A DNA stretch of 64,000 bases. Source: Octopus sinensis (lineage: Eukaryota). Position numbers and translations under genes: made by a program. The first letter of the stretch is position 1; each line of letters begins with the position of its first letter. The stretch lies in NCBI RefSeq assembly GCF_006345805.1, contig NW_021832417.1, positions 62,001-126,000 of the forward strand. The letters are read 5' to 3'. Below, one piece after another: positions 12,241-25,005 of this stretch. The notes under the pieces were generated by a model, which saw only the letters and a program-made list of their open reading frames with translations, made no database searches and was not told the origin of the DNA.

Positions 12241-12352
12241 CAAGGTATCACACAGTGGGACTGAACCCAAAAACCATGTGATCGGAAAGCAAGCTTCTTA
12301 CCACAATGCCACGTTTGCACCTGTATATATATATATATATATATATGTTACT
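12241..12352 (-). repeat. Inverted duplicate of the SINE A head plus its upstream flank (11840-11948)
   Basis: Revcomp matches 11840-11948 including private variants and the flanking agtaac(ata)n. Confidence 0.9.
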
Positions 12353-12520
12353 GGTATAGATGATAAAAAGTGGACAATAAATGATAAAGAAAATTTAATA
12401 ACTGTTGTATTTGATGACTTCCAAAATTGATGGAAATTTCCATAGGTTGAAAGTCATCGTACAAGCCACAGTTTAGCAGTATAAATTGCTAAATATGGAA
12501 ATAGAAAAAGAATGTATATA

Positions 12521-12700
12521 TTGGGTCATCCCATAAATAATGCAGTTTTTTCAATTGTATGAACTAAAATTCAGAAGGGAACAGGATAAACTACCCGCAT
12601 CAACTTGCTATAAAAGTAGGTAGTAATTTTACCTTGTACTTAATCTTAGTGTAAGTTTTGAAAAGTGCAGTTCGATTTTAACAGTTATCTTTTCTATAAT
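12521..12700 (+). mobile_element. 5' terminal fragment of the mariner family at 20273-21480
   Basis: TA|ttgggtcatcccataaataatgc TIR and 5' leader match the revcomp of 21290-21480. Confidence 0.85.
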
Positions 12701-14789
12701 TTAATTGTTCATTTTGAATTGATAAAAGGTGTTTTTTTTCTAATTTATATATATATATATATATATAATTACACCACTGATATCCATATAATATTCATCT
12801 CAGCAATCAACTATGGTAGAAAACTCTTACTCAAAGTGATGTAAAGAACTGAACTTTACACTGCTTAGATAATACAGTGCACAATAGATAGTGATATTTG
12901 AAATGTTAGTGTCAGACAAAATGCTGTTGTATTCTTAACCATTTCTTAATTACACTGTCATGCCTACCTGTTACAAGGGTGAAATGGTATTCTGGTGGTA
13001 GGGGGAACATGGACAATTGTATATCACTAGGTGGCTTAAGAAGATAGATGTATTTAGTCAAGCTAATATATTCTTGTTACACCACATGAAGATGAGGCCT
13101 TTATCTGATGTCAGTATAATGCTTTTAGAATAATTGTTTCCACATTTGGATATGATTTCCTGAGCAAACATTTGAGTTATGAAATAGAGCACGGCCTGTC
13201 TGCATTTAGTTAAACTATAGGAAACAAAGTTAGTTACATGGTCATTTTTGTAGTAAAGATTGAACTTATGGGCTATTAGGTTAGTAGTCTAGTACCTTAT
13301 TGTCACAGCCAACAAGACTGAATATCTCGTAATTGATATGAAGTTAGAGCCATCAGACTACAGTGTTTTAATATAACAATAGTTTTATTTTGTGTTCTGA
13401 AAATAATTCACACCAAAATGACATTCACTTAAAATGACATTCACTCAAAATGACTAGTCAGTTGAAATGTATAAATTAGATGAAACATGGCTGAAATTTT
13501 CTCAATTAACTGATTATTCCTCATTTCACTTAAATCAATTAACATTCACTAGCTTTAACAGCACTAATTAATTTGTTCTAAGCACAGATTGTGATGTGAT
13601 TCCAAAAATAGACATTAATCAGAACTTTCCAAAATGGCAAAATAATGACAACAATAAAAAAGATTCAACTAACAAGTCCCACCTTCCTTCATCAATAATT
13701 ATCATTTTTTTCCTTTTGCTAAGCTTGTAATCTTAGTTTGAAGCTCTTTAACAGTGTAAGTTAGATTTGTCAAAATATTTTTCATTGATTAAATATTAGT
13801 AAATACTCTTCTTCTGGTAGATTATATTTAGGAAATGTTACTTGTGCAAAACAGACATCTAATGAACTTTATTAGCATGTGTCACTTACCATTTTCCTTC
13901 TTTTACTTTAGGTAACAAATTCACCTTGTAACTGTCTTAAAGTTTTGTCAGTAATGTAGTGTAGGGACATGCTCTCAATAAATATGCTATGGCAATAATA
14001 TCCACAGAAACTAAAATATACATCTGAACAGAACCCCGCAAAAATAAATATAAACCAGTTCAAAGCTCTCTTCAAACATGAATGTAATATCTGAAAGTAG
14101 TCAGAAAATTATTACTGATCATAAATAATTTAATCACAAGTCACAGACAATGCAAGGACTATGTTAATTATCTATGTTCAGTTTTCTTAAGGAATACATT
14201 AAGCTGTATTTTCTCAAAAGGAGAAATGAAGTTTGAAGTTATGTGCTCCAGGTTATGCTGAGCAAACTAGTTCACACACACACAAGCAAACAAACATGTA
14301 TGTGTGTTGTGTGTATGCATAATAAAATTTATTTTAAGCTTGATATCTTCTCAGACACTACCATTACATTTCATGGTTTACCAATTCTCAATAAATTCTT
14401 TCAATTACTAAAACAAATTGTTTTAATACTTGTACACATTTTAGGCTAAATAGTGAATTAAATCAAATAATTTTACATTCTATTCTTTGCTGCATCTAAC
14501 AATTAATATTATTATTCATTTAAGAATGGATAGTCGTAAGTACCAGTGTGGGGCAGAATACTTTGCTCTATTTAATCTGGTTCTTTAAACCCTTTACACA
14601 TAACAAAGCAGAGCCCTGGAGTTGATTTGGTTGAATCTTTTTCCCCAGATTTCAGTACTTGTGCCTATGTTAGAAACATCATTATTTATATAATTAATTT
14701 ATTCTTAAAACCAGTGCTTTAAAATTTCATAACAAAAAGGTGCCAGATTATTGAAGGTTGATGTATCACAAGAAATGCTGAATAAACTG

Positions 14790-15210
14790 TCTACTAACAT
14801 TTAAACCAAATGAGTTATAATGGCAAGCAGATGATTTGAAGCAATATTTATGTACTGTAACTTTTTATTTGACTTCTTAAATGGGTGATATTTATTGGTT
14901 TCTAAATTTAAGGTGATATCTAAGAAATTAACGTTGTGTAAGCTTGCATCAACAATGATATTTAAGTGTAAATCTTCAAATAAGTTAAATAGAATTTTTT
15001 TTCCTAAAACATTCATTTTATGTGTAATAATGAACCTGACATCCAGTTTTAAACAACGCTATAAATTATTGAACATTTTATGTCATAAACAGAAAAGATA
15101 AAGATCAATAAGCTCACAAACTTTTGCATAGTCTAGACTACTCATTGCAACATCAAAAGAATGAGCATGATACTTCTTCACCCATACAGCATTACTAAAA
15201 GACAAAAACG
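14790..15210 (-). mobile_element. Penelope-like RT/thumb fragment
   Basis: WVKKYHAHSFDVAMSSLDYAKVCELIDLY and VNFLDITLNLETNKYHPFKKSNKKLQYINIASNH. Confidence 0.8.
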
Positions 15211-15497
15211 AGTTTTTTTCACACACACATGCACATGAGTGCAAGCACACACATACCTATGTACATACATGAGAAATTAAGCTTCTCAAAACCAGAAAGG
15301 AGAAAGCTAATTCAAAGACTACAGATCCAATCCATCACTGGAATTGTAAAAATCTGTAAAACTTTCCAGAAGCTTATAATTTAAATATATATGAGCATGT
15401 CTAGATATCCCACTATATGCATGAGAATACATACATAAAACAAAACATACAGATCTGCATACATACATACATACATACATACATACATACATACATA

Positions 15498-16262
15498 CAT
15501 CATCATCATTGTTTAACATCCGTTTTCCATGCTAGCATGGGTTGGATGGTTCAACTGGGGTTTAGGAAACCAGGAGTCTGCACCAGGCTCCAGTCTGATC
15601 TGGCAGTGTTTCTACAGTTGGATGTCCTTCCTAACGCCAACCACTCCATGATGTAGTAGGTACTTTTTGCATGCCACCAGTACAAGGGCTGGAAGAGGCT
15701 GGCAATGGCCACGATTGGGTGGAGCTTTTTACGTGCCACCAGCATGGAAGCCAGTCAGGGCAGCACTGGCATCGGCTATGTTTGAATGGTGCTTTTTACA
15801 TGCCACCGGTACAGGTATCACAACAATAATTTCCATTTGATTTTTATTTTGATGTTAATGTACTTGACTCAATAGGTCTCCTCAAGCACAGCAGGTCGTC
15901 CTATGATCCAAGGAACTTTGAATGGGCTGGGGCTGGTTATGTGAAGCTGGCGTAGGATACACCGTGGACTCACTTTATTTGTCGGGTCTCTGCAGTCACA
16001 ACATATCTCCAGAGGTCTCGGTCTTTCGTCATTGCCTCTGTGAGGCCCAACGTTTGAAGGTCATACTTGACCACCTCATCATGTTTTCCTGGGTCTACTT
16101 CTACCTCGGATTCCTTCAACTGTTTTGGAGTGGCACTTCTTCATGCATCCCTCCTCATCCATCCGTAGTACATGACCATACCAGTGCAAACGTCTCTCTT
16201 GCATGCCACATCCGATGCTTCTTATGTCCAACATATAAACAAAAATACCCTGTTGTTGATGT
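15498..16262 (-). mobile_element. RTE-clade LINE 3' end (ORF end, 3' UTR = repeat family C, (ATG)n tail)
   Basis: ORF 16079-16273 QERRLHWYGHVLRMDEEGCMKKC...VEGIRGRSRPRKT, then repeated gctttttacgtgccacc units, aggaagggcatcc-like core and cat-repeat tail. Confidence 0.8.
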
Positions 16263-16580
16263 TGAAACTCCAATGAAGGAGACTTGGATCTAAGTTAGAG
16301 ACTGTCTCTTTCTCTATTAGCAAGAAATCTCGAAATAAAACTGATGTATCTGATATTAACCATAAGGCAAACAGCTTTTTGAGATAGTCAAACCTGTGAA
16401 ATTACAATTTAAGAACAAATGTTTTTTCCACTGGTCTATCTTTGTTTATCTATCTGTCTGTCTGTCTCTTTCTTTCATTCTCTCTCTCTCACTCCCTCTC
16501 TCCACATATAGAAACATACAAGTACTAATAGATGTTCAAAATTGTGGAATACACATACAAATACATCCACAAAAATTCAG

Positions 16581-16589
16581 ATGTATCAC

Positions 16590-16679
<90 letters not shown>

Positions 16680-16690
16680 TGTGTGTGTGT
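16581..16690. repeat. (TA)n/(TG)n microsatellite (one of dozens in the window)
   Basis: Direct reading. Confidence 0.95.
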
Positions 16691-18286
16691 GCATGAATGT
16701 TCTCATATAGTGCAATTAATCTGGTTGAATGCAAATACTTGAAGAAAAAACCACAAAAAATACCAATGTAAGATAGCAATTAAAGAAGTCCCTAAAGGAT
16801 TTGCCTTCCCTTATCTGTGTATCTATTAAGCAAAGAAATATTTGGAAGTCTTGTATAATCTCAGGTAACCTCATGTAGTCTCATCCAGCATGGGAGAAGA
16901 TTACTAACATCTTTAAGTGGAACACTTGAAAAATTGTGAACTCCTGCATGAAGCCACTGGTAGCATTGCTAATCCATAAATAAAGAATATATTTATCCAC
17001 CGAATGCAGTGATGAACACTTGTTCTCACTATTCAATGTATTGCGTACATGTATATATGCACATGCATACCTTCGTTAAAGTATATATATATAAAGAAAA
17101 ATATATGTTAGCAGAAACATAAAATTCAATAAAATGTACTAAATACGTTTGTGTACTCACAGGTATACATCTTATTTGTGTTTCTCCTCTTCTCTCTGTA
17201 TGTTTTTATTTTTTTACTAGCTCAAACACTTCCTTCTTCTCTTATGTAGACACTTACACAAACACATGCAGACATACACGTACATGCAGACTAATACATT
17301 CTCTGACTATAAACCCTGCCACATATGCACTTCTCTCTTCTCTCTCTTTTTTCCATTTTTAGTTTTTCATGTGCACTTACATCTGCACTTTCCATCTTCA
17401 ACTCACATAAATCTCTTTTTCGCCTTGCTCCCTTCTATACACATTCAGTTAAAGATACATTATCTTTCATTCCTTTGATTTTGTGCTCGCTTGCTTTCAC
17501 ACGCACACACAAACACCATTTTTATGTTTCTTGCACTCTCTCACACAAAAGTGCATAAAAATACTCCATCTCAGTATCCTGCACATTGTTATTTTTGTAT
17601 CTCTATCCTTTTTCACCCACAAACATGCATCACGCATAACATCTACATAGACATCAATATCAACACATAGATATAATGATGAAGACAAGTTAGCCTTGAA
17701 AGAAGCTAATTTCCTCTGTGTAATCCTGAAGGTAGATTGAATTTATTCTTCCATCAAGAAGTTTACTTACCTGAAGGCTTAAGACACCATCTTCTTGATT
17801 ATTTGAATTATTTTCTCTGTTTTCTTTTTGCGGATTCTAATTACTGGGTTTTCAGTGAAAACCCCAGTTGTTGAGGGGAGATGTAGGTACCTGGAGGGAG
17901 TATATATCAGATGTGACTGTGAACAATAACAGCTTAACAGTATCAGTAATGCTTCAAAGCAAAACAAAAAACTGTTTTGCAATGAGATTTTTTAATGTTT
18001 ATTATATTATTCTAACTTTTACAGCTTTGCTTATTTTGCTGCTTTTTAGAAGTGGAGGGGATTTGGGTTTGGTTGTTATTGCTGTTTTTGATGCTGTAGT
18101 TGAAGTTTCTGGAAAAAAAAAGGAGGAAAAAATTATTAAAATATGTGAAATACTGGATTAATCATTTAGAAAAATAATTTAAGAAATAATGCAAAAAAAA
18201 TTATTTTCGCACACCAATAAATTGCACACACATTGTCACTGTGACACTGCTTATAACTTTTAACTCATATAAGTACATATAGAAAA

Positions 18287-18436
18287 GTTCTGAGCAGCCT
18301 GCATTCTGTGGGGCATCCCGTGGGACTTTCTGATTGATGTGCCAAATAAAAAATTACCTTGAATTGTTTCAGTAATGTGATTCGCCTGAGGCATGTCTTA
18401 TGCAACCTGCTTCTCAGAAAAGGTTGCCCATCCCCG
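18287..18436 (-). mobile_element. hAT-type MITE, same family as 34043-34206
   Basis: Ends aaaaggttgcccatccccg followed by atctagga; internal cagaaagtccc(a/g)tggg shared with the 34 kb copy. Confidence 0.65.
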
Positions 18437-18910
18437 ATCTAGGATATATCTTGGAGAATATTCTTCAGTGTTGAATGTTGCATTACAATGGAAATAATGA
18501 TTCATTTTGTTATTTTAAATTCTTTGTTGTTTATTCCAAGTCAACCTTAAAAGAAGGTCTATGATCAAAGAGGTTCAAACTGGTGAACAGCAACAGGTTT
18601 CAAATATCCAGACACTAGAAAACCTTAAAAATAATGCAGGCAAAATTACTGTTCACACCCACAAATAATATCACTAGTGGCCTTTGTCAAAATCACTGTG
18701 GCACTCCACCTCCACTTCATCCTCAACACCATCAACATTATCATCATCAAGATCATCATCATCATAATTATCATCATCAAGACCACCACCACTATCATCA
18801 TATCAGAACTGGTTCCATTCTTGTATTCTCATTGTTGGCTGCAGTGGCAGTTTTGGCATTATTACTATGATCTTCTTGATTTTCCTCATAGTTCTTACCA
18901 TCATCAGCAT

Positions 18911-18943
<33 letters not shown>

Positions 18944-19099
18944 ACGCACTCACGGGATAAGAAAACTGATAATAATAATGTATTATTCATAACTTTATTT
19001 AGTCTAACGAGTAAAGAGTTGGAGCTGTGACTGAAAACTGAAACCAAACCAACACTTTTAATTACTAAAACAACCCCAATGCAGTGTGTCAACATGACC

Positions 19100-19600
19100 A
19101 ATCCAGTTATAGTCTATGTACATGACCTCATCTTGTACAAGTTACATATATAATCTCTTCCAGTACAGTCCACCCATAAGATCACACCCTTAAATGACCA
19201 CTCTTCATAAAATCCACATTTATGTCCACTCCCAGTGAATAGTTTTGGTAAAAATCTACCTGCATGTCAACTCTCACTGTAATCCACCAAAAAGAACAGC
19301 ATTCTGCATGATCACTACTATTAAAGTAAATGTGTACTGTCCACTTATAGGATCACACTTATTGCATTCCACTTACATGATACCTCTCTATACAGCCCCA
19401 CCTAGATAATCATTTCTTAGATCTTTCTACTAATTTGACCAATCCAATTATAATCACTTAGTATGACTTGTTCCTAGTACCATTTGATATATTATTAACT
19501 GCAGTACAGTCAGTTCATTTATATGCTCACTCTTAAGTCAAATCCACCCATGTGACTTAAGTAGTCAACACTATGACACAGCAGAGTCTACTTACATCAC
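19100..19600. repeat. Old degenerate minisatellite, ~26-30 bp period
   Basis: Recurrent tccac(c/t)(t/c)a...gatcac-like motif at ~19169, 19213, 19340, 19368, 19397, 19441, 19515, 19542. Confidence 0.5.
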
Positions 19601-20272
19601 CAGTTCTCCTGAGCCACCGAGAACATTGCAGTTTATGATAGTGATCCATAATGGTTTATTCAATCAGAGTAAAATCATTTAAATCTAAATTTGAAACATT
19701 AAATTTCCATTAGTGAGAGTATTGATAATAGTCAGATGGTTATGGAACAACATATATCATTACAACTTTTAGAATCCAACACACACACACACACTCTCTC
19801 TCTCTCTCTCCCTTTCTCTCTCCCTCATTCACATTTACAGGCAAACATGCTGTTCATTGAAATATACTTGCACATACTGGTATTCATAGAGCTTTCACAC
19901 AGATTTGCCAGAAGGCATGAGGGAGCTGAGCAAACTAAGAGTCACTGTCAAAAGTATGATCCTTTTAATAGTCAGGAATGGTCTCCCTTAGAAATTGTGC
20001 ATGTGTGTGTGTGTGTGTGTGTGTGTGTGACAATAAACTCTGTTCTAGTTTTAATAATCCTATCAATGCTTACTTTCTATTTTCATAGTTTCATACGTTT
20101 CATTGTTGTTTGATTTTAGAACAGCAAAATTTATAAACCTATCATTAAACATTCAAGACCTTCATTGGTTTATTTTCTACATGAACTGATGTACCTATAT
20201 GCTTTTTTTTTTCGCAGAGCCAAAGTAATTTGACAAGATACTAGAACATGAATTTTTGTTGTGACTGATGTA

Positions 20273-21480
20273 TTGAGTCATCCCATAAATAATGCAGTTT
20301 TTATACTTCTTTTATTTTTCAAAATTAAGATAAACAAAGTTCTATTTAATCTAAAATATACCCTCCTTCATTTTCTACAATGCTCTTCCATCTATCTGGT
20401 AGACTAGCTAGGCTCCTCTCCCCAAATTCCCTTGTCCATGATGAAAAATACTCCTCCAGTACTGTTCTGACATCATTTACAGAATTCATATATTTTCTGT
20501 CCAAATTATTTTGAAGACTGCAGCATAAATGATAATGAGATGAAGCAATGTCTGGCGAATATGGTGGATGGGGCATCATTTGCCATTCAAACTGCTTCAC
20601 TCTGTACATGGTCAAGCATTATCCTGATGGAAGAACACTGTTCGTCTTGAAAACAAAGATGGTAATTTTTCTTCTAGCACTGATTTAAGCTGCTCAAGCT
20701 GTCCACGGTAGATCTCCTTTGTTATTGTTTGGTTTGGGTTTAAAAATTCAAAGTGGACTAAACCTTTCATATCCGCCAAATAGTTAACAACATATTGTAG
20801 GTGTGTGGGAAAACCTTTAGTCTGGGGTGCTGGTATTTCTCCTTTCCCTACCCACTGTCTTCAGTGCTTGACATTTTTATAGAGAACTCATTTCTCACCA
20901 CCAGTCACTACTTGGTCCATAAAAGGTTTGTTTGTGAGATGTGACAGCAAAAAAGAGCACACATTCACTCTCTATGTGCGATTAGACTCAATTTGCTGAC
21001 TTTTCTGATGTCATGCAGGTGTTGATGAATGGTTGAATAATCAGATCCAAGCTTCTCTGCTAGTTCCTCAACAGTTACGATGGAATTTTGTTCCATCAGG
21101 GTTTGTAGGACACCCTCATTGAGATCTTCTAGGCTGTAGTTTCTGGCTCAAAATTTCTGGAACCACCTTTGACACTGGCTTAAGCTTATTGTCCCTATAT
21201 ACTGCATTAATATTCTTTGCACTTTCCATTGCATTGTTGCCTTTATTGAACTCATAACGCAAAATATGCTGAATATGTTCCTTTGTTACTTCCATTATAG
21301 CTTTGAAAAAAATAACTGTTAAAATTGAACTGCACTCTTCAAAACTTGCACTAAGAATAAGTATAAGGTAAACATTACTGCCTGCTTTTCTAGCAAGTTG
21401 ATGCAGGTAGTTTATACTGTCCACCTCCAACTTTAAATTCATGCAATTGAAAAACATGTATTATTTATGGGATGACCCAA
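20273..21480 (-). mobile_element. Full-size mariner, decayed
   Basis: TIRs ttg(a/g)gtcatcccataaataat at both ends. ORFs 21116-21457 (MEVTKEHIQHILRYEFNKG...) and 20346-20615 (HPPYSPDIASSHYHL, third catalytic D lost; RWKSIVENEGGYILD). Confidence 0.92.
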
Positions 21481-21689
21481 AATATTATTTGTGAATTTAT
21501 TTGCTTTTAGTTAATCAGTGTGTATTGTTATGAATATTGTTTCTATTATTAATCATTTATTTTTGGGGAGAATTCCATGTAATATAGATGTACTGTCATT
21601 CAATATTTTATTATTTAGTTTTGTTTTGTGTCATGTAGTGTAGTACAATTATCAAGAAATTAAAGGGAGACCTTGAAAACAACTCTGCA

Positions 21690-22150
21690 CCGAAATACAA
21701 CACAAGAAAAATGCAGATAAAATTTGCAGCAACATAATGACTCCATTTCTAGACATAAACATTCAGATAGCAAATAACAAATGCATTATGTTTGTTTACA
21801 CCAAAGACTTGAGTAAATTCATATGCTTACATAGAGACAGTAAATGTTCATATACATATAAAATGTCAGTGGTGAAGTCCCTTGTTAGAGGAGCATTTAG
21901 ATTTTCTGCTAAAAGCAAAACACAAGATAATGAAATCCACACCATAAAGCAAACATTAATCAACAATAGGTATTCTAGCAAGCTAATAAAAGAAGCCATT
22001 GAACAATATAGGCACAGCTACAACGCAATAATGCATAAGACATTACAACTATTGAAAATACACAAATCATGAAGAAATTGTATTACACGAATCAAATGCA
22101 TGGTAAATATGGAATAGATGGGCACATTATCAAAACCCTTATAAAGCAGA
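21690..22150 (+). mobile_element. Penelope-like RT thumb fragment (different lineage from 7190 and 14790)
   Basis: ORF 21737-22072 PFLDINI...VYTK...CLHRDSKCSYTYKMSVVKSLVRGA...EIHTIKQTLINNRY. Confidence 0.8.
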
Positions 22151-22294
22151 ACAGCAAGCTGTAAACTAATACAAAAAACTATAGTACCGAAAATAAGTTA
22201 TCCACTTATATGACACTGGCTCATCAATTGGTTGGGACGTGGGCTTCTTAACCACACACACACACACACACATACACATACACACATATATACA

Positions 22295-22538
22295 TCTTTT
22301 ACCTTTTATTTGCTTGAGTTCTACTACAGTCATATTGAAGTGTTGCCTTGAAGGGTTTGGCCAAACAAATTGACTTCAGTAACTTATAGTTTTTTAAGCT
22401 CGGTACTTATTTTACCCATTGCTTTTGCAGAACTGCAAAGTCACAGGGACATAATCATACCAACACCACCAACTGTCCAGTAGTGGTGGAGGATAAACAC
22501 TCACACAAGAACACACACACATACACATGGAGATATGC

Positions 22539-22569
<31 letters not shown>

Positions 22570-22777
22570 TGTATGTTTGTTTGTATGTATGTATGTATGT
22601 ATGTATGTATGTATATATATATATATACGACAGGCTTCTTTCCCTTTTCCTCAATCAAATCCACTTGTAAGGCTTTGGTTGGCCTGGGGCTATAGTAGAA
22701 GACACTTTTTTAAATGTGACTGAACCTAGAACCCCATGGTTGGGAAGTAAGCTTTTTATCACATAGAGACACCTGCA
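22295..22777 (-). mobile_element. SINE family A with expanded internal (ATAC)n
   Basis: Head and body motifs (caaatccac...gctttggttggcc...gctatagtagaagacac) and tail on the minus strand. Confidence 0.8.
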
Positions 22778-23399
22778 TGTATAATTATATATTATATGTG
22801 TGTGGATGTTGGTTTGTTTGTGTGGCAATCACAATTTACTTTTTCTGTAAGTGTGTATAAAAACTGTACGTGTGTGTAAATGGATGGGGATAATTGGTTT
22901 ATTGAATGAATTTTCTATGTCATTGGATTCAATGAAAATTTGTTGGCAGTCTGATTCTAGCTTGTAATGGTCAGGACATCTATATTTATGGTAGGTAATA
23001 GGGCAGAATATTGTTTTATAACAACATGCAAAATTGTCAACATGGAATGGAATTAATTATATTTTCAAATTGTATCAACACCTCATCTATCTGTTTGAAT
23101 CCCTGTACTCCTTTGTTTACATAGACCTGCCTAATTCAGAATTATAGGAATGTATTTATTTGGGAAGTAGCAGAATCAATTCTGCTTATTATTTTTCACA
23201 AAGTTCAGAGGAATCATTTCCACCAAGGGCTTTAAAAGAAATCCTCCACAATACACGGAAATTAATCAGTAATTGCTGACATGGTTACACCATGATGCAA
23301 GATTGGTTAGATTCAATAATGATGAACCGATTGTACAAGATAAATCCAAATTATTTGTTAATTTCATTCTTTGGCATTTGATATATATATATATTATTT

Positions 23400-23722
23400 T
23401 TATGCACCCTTTTCAAGCCTAGCCAGGCTCATGACCCCACTTTCCCAGTTTCTATGGCATATGTGTTCCTCCCAGCTGGACAGGATACTAGTCCATCACA
23501 GCGTTACTCAAGAAACAGAAAGACAGAGTAAGAGAAAGTTGGGGCGAAAGAGTACAACAGGGGTCACCACTACCCCCTGCTGGAGCCTCGTGGAGCTTTA
23601 GGTGTCACCTAAATAGCTTTAGGTGTCACCTAATAAACACACACAACGCCCGGTCTGGGAATCAAAACCGCGATCCTCCGACTTTGAGTCTGCTGCCCTA
23701 ACCACTGGGCCATTGTGCCTCC
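23400..23722 (-). mobile_element. tRNA-derived SINE family E, full length
   Basis: Minus head tggaggcacaatggcccagtggttagggcagcagactc...ggttttgattcccagaccgggc has A/B-box-like motifs; A-rich 3' end. Confidence 0.85.
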
Positions 23723-23729
23723 ATATATA

Positions 23730-23770
<41 letters not shown>

Positions 23771-23810
23771 TACATGCATATATATACAAAATTACATCTA
23801 TATATATATA

Positions 23811-24006
23811 TGTGTGTTTTGTGTCTGCATTTGTCCTGTCACCCCCACTACTTGACAACCTGTGGTTCAGCAAAATAGACTGATAGAATAAGTATTAAGC
23901 TTGAAAAAAAAAAAGTAGTGGGGTAGTTTCCTTTTACTAAAAATTCGTCATGGTGGTGCCTCCATGTAGCTACAGTCTCATGACTGAAACAAGTAAAGAT
24001 AAAAGA
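23811..24006 (+). mobile_element. SINE family A, 3' half
   Basis: cttgacaacc...gactgatagaataagta...tgactgaaacaagtaaaga. Confidence 0.75.
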
Positions 24007-24169
24007 TCTCTCTCTTCTCTCTCTCTCTCTCTGTCTGTCTATATATATATATATATACATATGTACAAACATACATACATACATATATATAATATATATG
24101 CATATTGGCATATATATACGCACCCATATATATGTATGTACATGTATAAGTGTGTATGTACATATGTAT

Positions 24170-24219
<50 letters not shown>

Positions 24220-24793
24220 TATATGTCTGTCCATAATTGCGTATTTATAGTCCTCTTTCTAGAGGAGATTTTATATTTCAAATTCAAATTGAAATAGTTA
24301 AATTCAGATTCTATAAACCAAGGTTGATCATCAGCATTGTAAATTATAAGATTCTCTTCTAGCCTCGAGGGCAGGACATTGTTGTTGCTAAATTAATACA
24401 CAGGCCTAGCATTACTTGATAAAATGCTGCCAAAATGTCTGCTTATAGATTCAGTACATGTCTGATGCAAAGTGTTTTGTGTGCATGTGGAAAATTGTTG
24501 AGTAGTGAAACATACTAATCATCTGCATATATGTGTTGTTAGAAATGACAGTAAGAAGAATCATTAATATTCAAAAATAAGAATATAGGTCACAATTCTG
24601 AACCTTGGTGTACACCAGGAGTTATATTTTCAAACCTTGGTGTTCACCAGAGTGAACAGTGATCTATTATTACATATTGTTGGGTTGCAGTTTAACAGGA
24701 ATTTTCCAATCTAATTGATGAGAAGTAGTCATAGACTCTGTAGATGGAGTATTCTTGCAATGGTCATATAGGTAGACAGTATTGGGATAAAAT

Positions 24794-25005
24794 AATCCTT
24801 TCTACTATAGGAAAAAGGCCTGAAATTTTGGGGGAGGGGATTTGTCGATTGCATTGACCCCAGTACTCAACTGGTACTTACTTCATTGATCCTGAAAGGA
24901 TGAAAGGCAAAGTTGCCCCCATCAGAATTTGAACTCAGAACAAGAGGATGGACGAAATGCCACTAAACATTTTGCTTGGTGTGCTAATGATTCTGCCAGC
25001 TCACC
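24794..25005 (-). mobile_element. tRNA-derived SINE family B
   Basis: Revcomp ggtgagctggcagaatcattagcac...gttctgagttcaaattc...gcctttcatcctttc...aagtaccagttgag. Confidence 0.85.

Noticed and set aside
13890-14020. Minus-strand donor GTAAGTG with upstream sequence
   Set aside because: No frame stays open from a plausible acceptor through to the donor.
16396-16779. IYIYIY and similar ORFs here and at 22.4, 24, 26.5, 28.2, 36.1, 45.2, 46.3 and 52.6 kb
   Set aside because: Microsatellite artefacts.
18634-19030. His-rich / Ile-rich ORFs, superficially like a His-rich membrane peptide
   Set aside because: Derived from a degenerate (CAT)n run; no splice or homology support.
23640-23722. tRNA-like sequence (also the heads of SINE A and B)
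   Set aside because: A/B boxes present but no complete cloverleaf, and it continues into a SINE body and tail.
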